A DNA stretch of 64,000 bases from Candidatus Vogelbacteria bacterium (GTDB lineage Bacteria; Patescibacteriota; Minisyncoccia; Phycocordibacterales; XYD1-FULL-46-19), in NCBI GenBank assembly GCA_903878275.1, contig CAIRHC010000010.1, forward strand, positions 1,604 through 65,603. Direction: 5' to 3'. Shown here piece by piece: positions 9,540 through 19,487 of this stretch. Within the stretch, counting starts at the first letter, position 1. Every line of letters starts with the position of its first letter. The position numbers and the translations under genes are program-made. The notes beneath the pieces were generated by a model, which did not search any database, was not told the DNA's origin, and saw only the letters and a program-made list of their open reading frames with translations.

Positions 9540-10376
9540 CTAAGAACACATTTCGACTTTGATGACTTCGACTCCTTCGGCGATAAAAATATGCCGGGCG
9601 TCAGCAACAGAATAGCCTTCGGCGTAAAAAACTCGCTTCAAGCCAGACATCGCGATTAGGCGTGCGCACTGCGGGCACGGAAAAGTCGTGCAGTAAAGAT
9701 CAGCCCCTTCGGACGACAAACCTTTCCTGGTGCAAAAAGCAATCACTCCTGCTTCGGCGTGGATCGTGCCACAGATTTCGTGATGTTCACCAAAATCAAA
9801 ACAGACACGCTGGTCACCATCGATAAGTGGCGAAAAACCGGTCGGCAAATACTGATTATAACCGACAGCCAGCACGGTATGATCGCGAACAATCGCCGCT
9901 CCGACTTGTCGCCACCAATCAGTTGACCACGAAGCTGTTTTATAGCAAACACCCATCATCTGTCGAGAAAATTCGTTAACGGTAATTACTTGATCTGGCG
10001 ACACCAGTTCTTCACTGGTGACATTTTTCTTGTACCAGCGAGTGAAGCACGAGTGAAATTCCACGCGATAATTCGCGAGAAATTTTTCGGCGAATTCGCT
10101 CATCACTTCGTCGATCGGTAAAATATAGTTCGTCATATGCGACAAAGCCGTCAAACCCAAACGACCCAAAAGTCCAGCTTGAAAACCAAGGGCTTCGAGC
10201 ATTTGTTTTACCTCTTCCGGACGAACCGCGCGCAAATCGTGTTTGAGTTGAGAAAATCCGACCAGGATGTCCTCATCCAAAATCAAGATTGGCGCTTTCT
10301 CTTTTTGCAAAAATTCCAGCAAAGCTCGATGTACCACTGGCACATGAGCAATTATCAACCGAGATGGATCAAACAT
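9540..10376 (-). CDS. dCMP deaminase-like protein with an extra N-terminal domain
   Basis: RQVGA, HAE and PCPQC zinc motif in the C-terminal half. Confidence 0.85.
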   Translation of the reverse strand: MFDPSRLIIAHVPVVHRALLEFLQKEKAPILILDEDILVGFSQLKHDLRAVRPEEVKQMLEALGFQAGLLGRLGLTALSHMTNYILPIDEVMSEFAEKFLANYRVEFHSCFTRWYKKNVTSEELVSPDQVITVNEFSRQMMGVCYKTASWSTDWWRQVGAAIVRDHTVLAVGYNQYLPTGFSPLIDGDQRVCFDFGEHHEICGTIHAEAGVIAFCTRKGLSSEGADLYCTTFPCPQCARLIAMSGLKRVFYAEGYSVADARHIFIAEGVEVIKVEMCS

Positions 10377-10391
10377 TAGAGATCTCCTTTC

Positions 10392-11018
10392 TTAAAGTTT
10401 TGATTGCTCAATTACTTGACCATTAGCCGCGTCGATCAGATTACCGATCAACCTCTGCACTTCCATCAATTGTTCTATTCCGCCAGCCATCATCATTCGC
10501 TGAATTCGTTTTGTTGTAAAGATTTCCGCTTGCGCCGGCAAGACGACAATTTCTCCACAAAATTCGCGAACCTGCGATAGATATGGCTCTTTGGAATCAG
10601 CCGATGTTTCCGAGACGATAAAAGCGTCTGGCCTCATCACCCGAATAAATTCGATCGGATCTTCCCCTTCGACAAGCGGGTAAATCAGATCAACCGGGCG
10701 AACAAACGAAAGCATTTCGATTCGTTCTGCCAATGGTACCACTGGTCGATGGATATTATCCGGTTTACGCTGGCGTACCACTTCATCCGAATCCACTTCG
10801 ACGATACTGATGTGCCCTTTCGCACGCATCGCGTCAAGATATCGTCCGTGACCAATATGGAATAAATCCCACACGCCAGTCGTCGACGAAATCAAATAAC
10901 CAGATTTCCGTAGATACTCAACCACTTCGGCAAGTTCCGCCAAATTTTGAATTACCCGCTCCGAGGTCGAGACTTTCTCGTCCCGAAGAATTTTACCCAA
11001 ATCAATAAGTGTCATCAC
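10392..11018 (-). CDS. HIGH-motif cytidylyltransferase-family protein
   Basis: TGVWDLFHIGH, VDSDEVVRQRK, RPVVPLAERIEML. Confidence 0.85.
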   Translation of the reverse strand: MMTLIDLGKILRDEKVSTSERVIQNLAELAEVVEYLRKSGYLISSTTGVWDLFHIGHGRYLDAMRAKGHISIVEVDSDEVVRQRKPDNIHRPVVPLAERIEMLSFVRPVDLIYPLVEGEDPIEFIRVMRPDAFIVSETSADSKEPYLSQVREFCGEIVVLPAQAEIFTTKRIQRMMMAGGIEQLMEVQRLIGNLIDAANGQVIEQSKL

Positions 11019-11096
11019 AACCGTCCTTTCCTGTTAAGCCTAAAGTCAATATTACAAGTTCCAAACTTCCTTCGTCTTTATATCATAAAATAGCCA

Positions 11097-11130
11097 AACT
11101 AAAAGCCTTGACGAATCAAGGCTTTTAGTT
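11097..11130 (-). terminator. Terminator downstream of rplK
   Basis: AACTAAAAGCCTTGA-CGAA-TCAAGGCTTTTAGTT. Confidence 0.8.
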
Positions 11131-11140
11131 GAAATAATTA

Positions 11141-11563
11141 TTATTTAACTTCAATCCCCATCGAGCGCGCTGTCCCCTCTACCATTCTCATCGCCGCCTC
11201 GACATCTGTCGTGTTCAAATCAGCCATTTTCTTTTCGGCAATTTCTTTAACTTGAGCTTTGGTCACCTTGCCAGCCCGGCTAACCAAGTTTTTACCAGAA
11301 CCTTTGGCAATACCAGCGGCTTTGATCAAAAGGTTGGACGCAGGTGAAGTTTTCAAAGCAAAATCGTAACTTTTATCACCGTAAACATAAATTTCTACCG
11401 GAATTACATCCCCCATCATTTGCGCCGTGGCAGCATTAAATTTCTGCACAAAATCACCGATATTAATACCAGCTTGTCCCAAAGCTGGACCAACTGGTGG
11501 AGCGGGAGTGGCTTTACCACCGACGATCTGTAATTTAATTTTCTTTTCTATTTTTTTAGCCAT
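11141..11563 (-). CDS. rplK: 50S ribosomal protein L11
   Basis: [26 protein letters not shown]; start MAKK at 11563. Confidence 0.97.
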   Translation of the reverse strand: MAKKIEKKIKLQIVGGKATPAPPVGPALGQAGINIGDFVQKFNAATAQMMGDVIPVEIYVYGDKSYDFALKTSPASNLLIKAAGIAKGSGKNLVSRAGKVTKAQVKEIAEKKMADLNTTDVEAAMRMVEGTARSMGIEVK

Positions 11564-11620
11564 AAATTTGTTTAACCTTGCTATCCTATAATATAAAGCA
11601 GTTTTTTTCAACCTTTAAAA

Positions 11621-12166
11621 TCAAATCCTTTTAACCTGCAAAAAGTCCAACTCAACTGGTGTTTCGCGACCAAACATCGAGACCAACACTTTGACCTTGC
11701 CCCGATCTTCGTCGATTTCACTGACTTTGCCTTCAAAATCCTTAAACGGACCGTCAGCAATCTGCACCGACTCGCCAATAACCAATTCAATCTTATGTTT
11801 GACGCTATCACTATCCATTCGGGAAAATAACTCCTCCACTTCTTTGCTGTCTAGTGGCACCGGAATAACACCCGAGCCGATAAAACCAGTTACCCGGGGT
11901 GTATTTCGCACGACATACCAAGAATCATCAGTCACCACCATATCCACCAAAACATAACCAGGATAAATCTTTTCCTCGATGGTGTTTCTTTTACCGCCTT
12001 TAATTTTAACCTTCTTTTCGGTTGGCACAATCACGTTAAAAATCTTATCTTCCATTCCCAAAGACTCAATACGCTGTTTTAAGTTGCGGGCGACCGCATT
12101 TTCGTAGCCTGAATAAGTATGAATTGCATACCAATTTCGGCCCTGTTCTAGTTCTTGTCTAGCCAT
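11621..12166 (-). CDS. nusG: Transcription factor NusG
   Basis: WYAIHTYSGYE, YPGYVLV, FGRETPVEL. Confidence 0.97.
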   Translation of the reverse strand: MARQELEQGRNWYAIHTYSGYENAVARNLKQRIESLGMEDKIFNVIVPTEKKVKIKGGKRNTIEEKIYPGYVLVDMVVTDDSWYVVRNTPRVTGFIGSGVIPVPLDSKEVEELFSRMDSDSVKHKIELVIGESVQIADGPFKDFEGKVSEIDEDRGKVKVLVSMFGRETPVELDFLQVKRI

Positions 12167-12178
12167 AATTTTTTATAA

Positions 12179-12364
12179 TTATTTTACAATTAAGTTTTCT
12201 AAGCCGAGACGAAAGACGAAATCAAAAACCCCGAGCATCACGCCGACAGTAATCGACAAAGCAATAACCAAGACGGTAAAATTGGTGGTCTCTTTTTTGG
12301 TCGGCCAGCTCACGTGCTTCATCTCGCCCTTTGTTTCTTTTACATAATCAGTTAATTTTGACAT
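12179..12364 (-). CDS. secE: Preprotein translocase subunit SecE
   Basis: EMKHVSWP, single TM segment, upstream of nusG. Confidence 0.93.
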   Translation of the reverse strand: MSKLTDYVKETKGEMKHVSWPTKKETTNFTVLVIALSITVGVMLGVFDFVFRLGLENLIVK

Positions 12365-12469
12365 AGCTTTATTTTATACTATTTTCTTGTATTTAAAAAA
12401 GCCCCGCGGGGCAATCTATCTATACCAGTATTCTACGCTTCAAGTGGAAATAAGTCAAATCCGATCAAT

Positions 12470-13192
12470 TTATACAGACAGCCCAAGTTTTGCCAAAAAT
12501 TCCGCCCTGATTTTACCATCCAAAAACCGGGTATTTCCGACCGGCAAATTGTCGAGATTAATATTTAAAATTCGTACCCGCTTCAGCTCTTTGACTTGGA
12601 AACCGAGGGCGACACACATTCGACGAATTTGATGCTTTTTACCTTCGGTCAAAGTAATACGAAACTTATGATCGTCTATTTTTCTCGTTTGACAACGCTT
12701 GGTTTTATAACCTTCAATCGCCACGCCATTTTCCATAATGCGCAAGAAAAAATCGGTGACTTTTTTATCAACAGTGACTTCGTATTCTTTATCGTGAATA
12801 TTTTTCGGATTAAGTAAACGATCAGTTACTCGACCATCATTGGTTAAAATAAGTAAACCCGACGAATCTTTGTCGAGGCGACCGACCGGAAAAATTCCGA
12901 CAGGAATTTTTCCGGCTTTTGTCACTCCAGTCTCTTCCCCACGCGGTTTATTGTAAGCCAAATAAACCAAATCATCCGTCTCACTTTCATTCTCATTTTT
13001 ATTTTTACTATGCCGAGACGCCACCTCCACCACATCAGTTTCTAAAATTTTTTCACCCAATTTTGCCACTCGCCCATTGATCGTCACTCGTCCTTTTTCA
13101 ATCAAAGCGTCAGCACCAACGCGCGTCGAAAAACCTTTGTGCGCCAGATATTTATTTATCCGCATCGGATATTTTTGGTCTTCGTTATTCAT
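12470..13192 (-). CDS. rRNA pseudouridine synthase (RsuA/RluB/F family)
   Basis: S4 domain, GRLDKDSSGLLILTND, EGKKHQIRRM. Confidence 0.92.
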   Translation of the reverse strand: MNNEDQKYPMRINKYLAHKGFSTRVGADALIEKGRVTINGRVAKLGEKILETDVVEVASRHSKNKNENESETDDLVYLAYNKPRGEETGVTKAGKIPVGIFPVGRLDKDSSGLLILTNDGRVTDRLLNPKNIHDKEYEVTVDKKVTDFFLRIMENGVAIEGYKTKRCQTRKIDDHKFRITLTEGKKHQIRRMCVALGFQVKELKRVRILNINLDNLPVGNTRFLDGKIRAEFLAKLGLSV

Positions 13193-13214
13193 TTTTTAAC
13201 TTTTTTAAGACCGA

Positions 13215-13682
13215 TTAGCGAATCCCCGCCGGCAAATGTTCTTCTTTTAACATTTGAATTTTTTTCAAATGAAGAACCAAGCTCGCCGTAATTAAGAAAA
13301 ATCCAGCAAAAGACATCAGCGGAATAGTAATAAAACCAAACAAAGCAAACTCCTGAATCGTGCAAGGCAATTGTATCGAACAAACCACTAAATCAGCTGG
13401 GGCGATATGCCAGACCAAAAGATTATGATAAGTCGCCACGACCAAACCCAAAATCGAAAACGGCAAAGCATAGTAATGAATCCAGCGATCTTTTTTCCAG
13501 ATGCCAACCGTCAAAATCAGCACCAGCGGATACATCAAGCCACGCTGAATAATACACAACGAGCAGGGCGGTAAATTCATAAACTGGCTAAAATACAAAC
13601 TACCCAAAACTCCAGCCCAAACCACCGCATAAGCCGAGTAGATAAAACATTTGACCGGCACTTTTTGTAAAAAATTTAGCAT
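13215..13682 (-). CDS. Disulfide bond formation protein B (DsbB/BdbC-like)
   Basis: PCSLCIIQR, second Cys pair, 4 TM segments; start ATG 13682 after TGCTATAAT-N6. Confidence 0.88.
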   Translation of the reverse strand: MLNFLQKVPVKCFIYSAYAVVWAGVLGSLYFSQFMNLPPCSLCIIQRGLMYPLVLILTVGIWKKDRWIHYYALPFSILGLVVATYHNLLVWHIAPADLVVCSIQLPCTIQEFALFGFITIPLMSFAGFFLITASLVLHLKKIQMLKEEHLPAGIR

Positions 13683-13709
13683 TAGTCTATTATAGCAATA
13701 AATATTCAT

Positions 13710-14393
13710 ATGAGGAAAGTTGCTATTTTTGATGTTGATGGAACCATCTTTCGCTCAAGTCTTTTGATTGAGCTGGTGGAAGCTTTGATTAAGGCTGAAG
13801 TTTTTCCGAAAAATGCTCGCGCCCACTATGAACTTCCCTATCGCCAGTGGCTCGACCGCGAAGGCAGTTATGAAGATTACATCAATGCGGTCGTTGAAGT
13901 TTTTGTAAAAAATATCAAAGGCGTTTTTTATGGCGACTTCGCCGAAGTCAGCAAAAAATTGATTAAGGAAAAAAAGAAAATGGTTTATCGTTACACGCGA
14001 GACTTGATCATTGATTTAAAAAATAAAGATTATTTTTTGCTCGCCGTCTCACAATCACCAAAAGGCATTTTAGATGGTTTTTGTAATGAGCTCGGCTTCG
14101 ACAAAGTCTATGGTCGTTTTTACGAACTTGGTCCGGGCGATGAATTTACCGGCAAAATTATCGACGAACATCTAATTATGAACAAAGCGAATATTATCAA
14201 GCGAGTTTTGGAAAAAGAAAATTTGTCGCTAAAAAACTCGATTGCCATCGGCGACACCGATAGTGACATTCCAATGCTTGAAATAGTAGAAAAACCAATT
14301 TGTTTTAATCCCAACCAAAAACTCTATAAATACGCCAAACTAAACGGCTGGAAAATTGTCGTCGAAAGGAAGGATGTGATTTATGAAATTTAA
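13710..14393 (+). CDS. HAD-IB family phosphatase (SerB-like)
   Basis: FDVDGT, GDTDSDIPML, NP. Confidence 0.85.
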   Translation: MRKVAIFDVDGTIFRSSLLIELVEALIKAEVFPKNARAHYELPYRQWLDREGSYEDYINAVVEVFVKNIKGVFYGDFAEVSKKLIKEKKKMVYRYTRDLIIDLKNKDYFLLAVSQSPKGILDGFCNELGFDKVYGRFYELGPGDEFTGKIIDEHLIMNKANIIKRVLEKENLSLKNSIAIGDTDSDIPMLEIVEKPICFNPNQKLYKYAKLNGWKIVVERKDVIYEI

Positions 14394-14448
14394 ACTTTAA
14401 GTTTCGAGTTTATTCTGCTATTCTGACCATGGAAAGGAGGTGATTTTG

Positions 14449-14853
14449 ATGGAAATCAAACACCGTGCACCCCGAATGGTCGGGGTTAAGAAAAAGAAAA
14501 TTCGAACCTTGCCCGAAAATACGACGACTCTCGCCCTTACCTACCTTAATCGAAAATTAGACGAAAAAGGTAAAAATGGTAAGGTGGTCACGGTTTTGAC
14601 CTACAACGAAGCGAGTCGGCGAATTGCTTGTTATGGTGAAAAAATCGATGATGGTCGGATATTTTCCGTGTTGAATCTCAATACGACAAGACGAATTTCT
14701 CATCCACATTGGCATCGTCTGTGCCACTGGAGTCAGGGTTTCTTTATCCCACTCTCCGCTTTTCTAAAAAAAGAAACGCTTGACTGGGTCGCGCTTGTCG
14801 GTATCGGCATTTCTCATGATACCGACCTTGAGGTGATTCCCTTTCGCCGATGA
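14449..14853 (+). CDS. Hypothetical protein (SD-led ORFan)
   Basis: GAAAGGAGGTGATTTTG-ATG; hairpin GGGCACGT/ACGTGCCC plus T tract downstream. Confidence 0.65.
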   Translation: MEIKHRAPRMVGVKKKKIRTLPENTTTLALTYLNRKLDEKGKNGKVVTVLTYNEASRRIACYGEKIDDGRIFSVLNLNTTRRISHPHWHRLCHWSQGFFIPLSAFLKKETLDWVALVGIGISHDTDLEVIPFRR

Positions 14854-14896
14854 GGGTATGCCCTCGCTGGGGCACGTCTCGCCAACGTGCCCTTTT

Positions 14897-15496
14897 TTAT
14901 TTTTTAATTTTATTTTTTCGACTTTGCCAAATTTGAAAAAGTCCCGGCAAAAGTGAGATCACAATAATAAAAATAATAATCGGCAAAAGATATTTATCAA
15001 CATCAGGAATTATTTGTCCCAAAAAATAACCGAGTAAGGTAATGCCGACCGACCAAAGAAAACCACCGACAATATTATAAATAAAAAAAATCGAGTAATT
15101 CATCCGCGCCACGCCAGCCACAATCGGCGTAAACGTCCGCACAAAAGGCACAAAGCGCGCAAGGATTAAACTTTTACCACCGTGTTTTTCAAAAAAAGTA
15201 TGAGCTTCTGCCACATAAGCTTTTTTAAAAAAACGAGAGTCTTCTTTTTTAAAAATCAGCGGACCGGTTTTTTTGCCAAACCAATAACCGACATTGTCCC
15301 CTAGCACCGCGCCAACAAATAAAATCGCACACAAAAAATAAATATTTAAAAAACCTTGTGACGCCAAAAAACCGGCAGTAAAAATCAAACTATCTCCCGG
15401 CAAGAAAAAACCAAAAAATAATCCGGATTCAGCAAAGACAATTCCGAACAAACCGAGATAACCAGCGGTTTTAATTATCCACAGCAAATCAAACAT
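14897..15496 (-). CDS. DedA/VTT family membrane protein
   Basis: FAESGL..FLPGDSL, GDNVGYWFG, ARFVPFVRT; start ATG 15496. Confidence 0.93.
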   Translation of the reverse strand: MFDLLWIIKTAGYLGLFGIVFAESGLFFGFFLPGDSLIFTAGFLASQGFLNIYFLCAILFVGAVLGDNVGYWFGKKTGPLIFKKEDSRFFKKAYVAEAHTFFEKHGGKSLILARFVPFVRTFTPIVAGVARMNYSIFFIYNIVGGFLWSVGITLLGYFLGQIIPDVDKYLLPIIIFIIVISLLPGLFQIWQSRKNKIKK

Positions 15497-15580
15497 CCCT
15501 TTAAATATACCGCAAAAAAGCCATTTGCCCAAATGACCTAATTCCTGTAATAATGAATTACGGAAAGGAGGAACTGGCAA

Positions 15581-15814
15581 ATGGACACTCAACTCGTCGG
15601 TTTCAGCTCGGCAAAATGGTTCCTTGTTTATTATGATCCGATCACCTGTTCAGAGACAACGGTGTCTCTGTCCGTTAAATCAAATGCCGAAAACGATATC
15701 TTGTCGGCGGCTCAAGTCGCCTATCACGACAAATGCGACATCGTCGGCAAAAGGCGGATAACAAATACTCGCCTAATCAGGGAAATCCCCCTTAATGGCG
15801 AACTTACCGGGTGA
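15581..15814 (+). CDS. Small hypothetical protein (SD-led ORFan)
   Basis: GAAAGGAGG upstream; hairpin CCGGAGCAACGAC/GTCGTTGCTCCGG downstream. Confidence 0.65.
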   Translation: MDTQLVGFSSAKWFLVYYDPITCSETTVSLSVKSNAENDILSAAQVAYHDKCDIVGKRRITNTRLIREIPLNGELTG

Positions 15815-15874
15815 TGGAACAAGAAACTGCCGGAGCAACGACATAGTCGTTGCTCCGGTTATTTTTTTAAAAAT

Positions 15875-17485
15875 TTACCAATCTTCTTCGATTAAGCCGA
15901 GTTTAATCAACCGAGCTTTGATGGCACCGTTTTTCCGACCAAAAGTTTTAGCCAAATCATCGACTGGATTGCCATCATTAAATAATTCTTTCAATTTTTC
16001 GTCTTCTTGCTCACTCCACGAGCGATAAGCGTTGGGATAAGTTTCGCGAATTTTGGCGAAACCGTCGCCAGCTTCCCCGCGGGCGCTAGCGCCCGCGGGG
16101 CTTTTTTGGTTTTTTTTCTTTTTTATTTTACTGCCACCACAAATCGTCACAAAATTTTCGTGCATTTTAGCTAATCCTGTTTTGGGAATTTCACCAAAAG
16201 TTTGTTCGGCATCGATCGAATCAGTCCGAAAATCTTGATCTCTCTCCAAAATCACCGGATGAACTTTAAAAGCTTTTTCATTCCAACCAAGCAAATGCAA
16301 ACCGGACAATCTTCTAACTCGCGACAAGGCGACATACCCTTGTCCAAATTCAAACACCGAACCCAAATCAATTATAGCTTCGTCCAAACTTAAACCCTGA
16401 CTTTTGTGAACCGTAATCGCCCAAGCCAACCGCAACGGCAATTGCGAAATCCGTGCCTTAACTTTTCCATTTTCTTCAATCACCCACTCCATCGGTTCAA
16501 CTAAAATTTGTCGCCCATTTCGTGCCCGGACAATAGGCTTTCGTCCAATCTCACCAAAACCCTCCACCACTCCAAGTGTCCCATTAACAAAACCTTCTTT
16601 TTGATTATTTTTGGTAAACATCACAGTTGCTCCAATTTTTAGACTCAATTTTTCTGGCGACAAACAACCTTTTTTAAGTGCCGTAACCAGCGCTTCCGGT
16701 CCATGCTCCATCATAAAAAAATTTTGACTGACTCCGCCCAACTTATTTAAGGTCTCATCGTTCACCGTATCAACATTGAAATTATGAGAAAAAAGTTTTG
16801 GTATATCAGCCGGAATTCTAGCTTTTTCAATTTTTCGAGAAGTTAAATATTCCAAATGTTCTTCGCTAAAATCATTTCGTCGAATCGCCGACAAAACATC
16901 CAAAAAATTTTTATCGTCCTGACGATACTGCTCGGTCAAATAACAAATGATTGGTTGCAACCTTTTCCAAACTGGCGCGTCACAAGCAAACAGAGCTTTC
17001 GGTTCATCCATTAAAGTCGCTTGCATTTCTTCATCCCGATCAATTTTTACAATCGGCGGTAATTGAAAAAAATCACCGACCAAGATAATCTGCATTCCAC
17101 CAAAAGGAGCCGAATCATCTTTGATCTCCCGACAAACAGCATCAACCATCGAAAGAGTGTCAGCGGAAAGCATCGATACCTCATCAATAATTAAAACTTT
17201 TGTTCGACGAATTCTTTTTGACAAATACTCGGTCGTCCCTATTTTATCAAGATCATATTTGGACAGACTTCTTTTTATGCCGATACCACTCCAAGAATGA
17301 ATCGTCATTCCACCAATGTGCGTCGCCGCAATGCCAGTCGAAGCGGTAATGGCAGGTTCGATTCCGCAATCACGCAAATAAGCCACAAACTCGTTGATCG
17401 TATGAGTTTTACCCGAACCAGGCTCACCAGTCAAAAAGACGTTGGCGCCAGTTTTTAAAATATCCAGAGCTTGCTTCTGTGTCAT
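15875..17485 (-). CDS. PIF1-family SF1B DNA helicase with C-terminal HTH-like domain
   Basis: GEPGSGKT, DEVSM, GDFFQLPP, AWAITVHKSQG, YVALSR. Confidence 0.92.
   Translation of the reverse strand: MTQKQALDILKTGANVFLTGEPGSGKTHTINEFVAYLRDCGIEPAITASTGIAATHIGGMTIHSWSGIGIKRSLSKYDLDKIGTTEYLSKRIRRTKVLIIDEVSMLSADTLSMVDAVCREIKDDSAPFGGMQIILVGDFFQLPPIVKIDRDEEMQATLMDEPKALFACDAPVWKRLQPIICYLTEQYRQDDKNFLDVLSAIRRNDFSEEHLEYLTSRKIEKARIPADIPKLFSHNFNVDTVNDETLNKLGGVSQNFFMMEHGPEALVTALKKGCLSPEKLSLKIGATVMFTKNNQKEGFVNGTLGVVEGFGEIGRKPIVRARNGRQILVEPMEWVIEENGKVKARISQLPLRLAWAITVHKSQGLSLDEAIIDLGSVFEFGQGYVALSRVRRLSGLHLLGWNEKAFKVHPVILERDQDFRTDSIDAEQTFGEIPKTGLAKMHENFVTICGGSKIKKKKNQKSPAGASARGEAGDGFAKIRETYPNAYRSWSEQEDEKLKELFNDGNPVDDLAKTFGRKNGAIKARLIKLGLIEEDW
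16075..16107. repeat. Palindrome family A copy inside the helicase CDS
   Basis: Perfect CCCCGCGGGCGCTAGCGCCCGCGGGG plus CTTTTTT; encodes KSPAGASARGE. Confidence 0.85.
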
Positions 17486-17530
17486 TCGGATATTCTAACA
17501 CGCCAAAATTAAATTTGCTCAAAAATTAAA

Positions 17531-19462
17531 TTACAGCTTTGTTCCGTTTAATAGAACTTTAAGCAAAAGACTTTGTTTGACGGTCGCGACACCGATCACT
17601 CGATCACCACCACCATAATAGACATAAAGAAAACCATTTTGCTCTACCCAACCACAAGGAAAAACGACATTGTTCACAATTCCGACTTTTTCATAAACAC
17701 CTTCTGGTTCAAGTAAATGGTCAGTGGTTCTAGCCAAGACAATTGTCGGATCTTTCAAATCTAAAAGCGCTACGCCGACACGATAAGTGTGATCAATAAG
17801 AGAAACTCCATGATAAAGAAAGAGCCAACCTTTATCAGTTTTTATTGGTGGCGCAGAAAGACCAACCTTGTCACTTTCCCAACTGTTTGGTAGTGGGCGC
17901 ATCATCGACTGACATTCATCAACCATTTCAGATTGATAATCTAAAGAATTAACATAATCAGCAGAGATATAGCGATTGATTCGATGAACTATAAAATATT
18001 TCTTCTTAATTTTTTCCGGCCAAACACAAGCGTCTTTGTCATCAAAACCCGCCGGCGTAATCAAAAATGGTTTTGTCCAAATAAATCTCCGATTTAAAAA
18101 ATCACCAACCTTAATCGACGTAATCGCCACGCGCGCCGGGCCAATACCATCAAAAGCGGTATAGAGCATATAGATTTGATCACCAATTTTTGTCAGACGT
18201 GGATCTTCACAACCAGAATTTGCCCCGGGTACTTTTGATTTTTCAAAATCCTCACGAGGCACATAGATTGGCTCTGGCCATTTTTCTTTTATGGTCATCC
18301 CGTCAGAACCAAGCACCGCATAGCCAATTGTCGAGACATTATCTTCGCCTTGCGCCCGATACAGAATATAAGTTTCACCATTAAGACGAATAGCTGCTGG
18401 ATTAAGAGTCGCTTTTGATTCCCAAGGGTGACGTGGGTTAGGTTCAATCAGCGGGTCTCCAAACATTCTTTTGAAGCGATGATTGCCGGCGGTATCAGGA
18501 TGAATAGTCGAAAGAAGATCGGTCAAATTTACTCTGGCACAACCGGTCACAGTATCCGCCGCCCCATAATAAATCTGCAACACATCACCAATTACCAAAG
18601 CACCCGTAGGAAAAACGATATCAGAGACATGGCCGACGAGCTCATATGGTTCTTGCGGAACAAGAATCGGACCACGAGTCCGCCCAATAATTTTTCGGGG
18701 ATTTTTTAAATCTAACAACACCACCTCGATTCCAAAAACACGAGGTTTGCCACTTTCAGGAAAATAATTTTGAATATGTGAATAAACCAACACCCAACCA
18801 TAAGGTGTTTTGATTGGCGGAGCCCCAACTTCAACGTGATCGTATTGGTTTCGACGAAGATCGATTTTGTGTTCATCTAAATTTTCATGCCATTTCTCCC
18901 AAAAATTTTGTGACCACAAATCTTCAATCTTATCGACTTGAGCAATCGCCATTTTGGCTGGTGGCGAATCGGTGTGAGCCGAGAAAATGACCGTTACTTT
19001 ACCATTAATCCTTTCAGGAAAAAGCGTCATCGCTTTGGCATTGAATGGAGTGACCAAATGTCGAGCCTCAACTTTTTTTAAATCTGAAGAAATCGCGACC
19101 GCCACCTTAATCCCCTCGGCATCAAAAGGGTAACGAGACAAAGCCGTGTAGAAAGTATAATATTTTTTTTCAAAATAAGTGACACGCGGATCTTCGCAAC
19201 CATATTTTTCCCATTCTTCTTTTGGTTCGATAAACGGCACTCGATTCGTAAAATGAAAACCATCAAGACTTTCAGCTTTGCCGATAATCGACATCTGGTG
19301 AGGATTTTTTAACTCGTCTGGCGAGGAAATGGCTCGATACAAACCATGATATTTAAAACCTTTTTTAATCGGACATAAATTAAAAGCGGCAAAACTTTCC
19401 CAATAATGAGTATTGTCAGTGGAAAGAACTGGATTATGACGAGATCTTTTTACAACAAACAT
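17531..19462 (-). CDS. GH130-family glycoside phosphorylase/hydrolase, two tandem domains
   Basis: Two GCEDPR motifs and two YYG(A/G)xD ends. Confidence 0.88.
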   Translation of the reverse strand: MFVVKRSRHNPVLSTDNTHYWESFAAFNLCPIKKGFKYHGLYRAISSPDELKNPHQMSIIGKAESLDGFHFTNRVPFIEPKEEWEKYGCEDPRVTYFEKKYYTFYTALSRYPFDAEGIKVAVAISSDLKKVEARHLVTPFNAKAMTLFPERINGKVTVIFSAHTDSPPAKMAIAQVDKIEDLWSQNFWEKWHENLDEHKIDLRRNQYDHVEVGAPPIKTPYGWVLVYSHIQNYFPESGKPRVFGIEVVLLDLKNPRKIIGRTRGPILVPQEPYELVGHVSDIVFPTGALVIGDVLQIYYGAADTVTGCARVNLTDLLSTIHPDTAGNHRFKRMFGDPLIEPNPRHPWESKATLNPAAIRLNGETYILYRAQGEDNVSTIGYAVLGSDGMTIKEKWPEPIYVPREDFEKSKVPGANSGCEDPRLTKIGDQIYMLYTAFDGIGPARVAITSIKVGDFLNRRFIWTKPFLITPAGFDDKDACVWPEKIKKKYFIVHRINRYISADYVNSLDYQSEMVDECQSMMRPLPNSWESDKVGLSAPPIKTDKGWLFLYHGVSLIDHTYRVGVALLDLKDPTIVLARTTDHLLEPEGVYEKVGIVNNVVFPCGWVEQNGFLYVYYGGGDRVIGVATVKQSLLLKVLLNGTKL

Positions 19463-19487
19463 ATTGTTATTATAATATTTATTTAAA

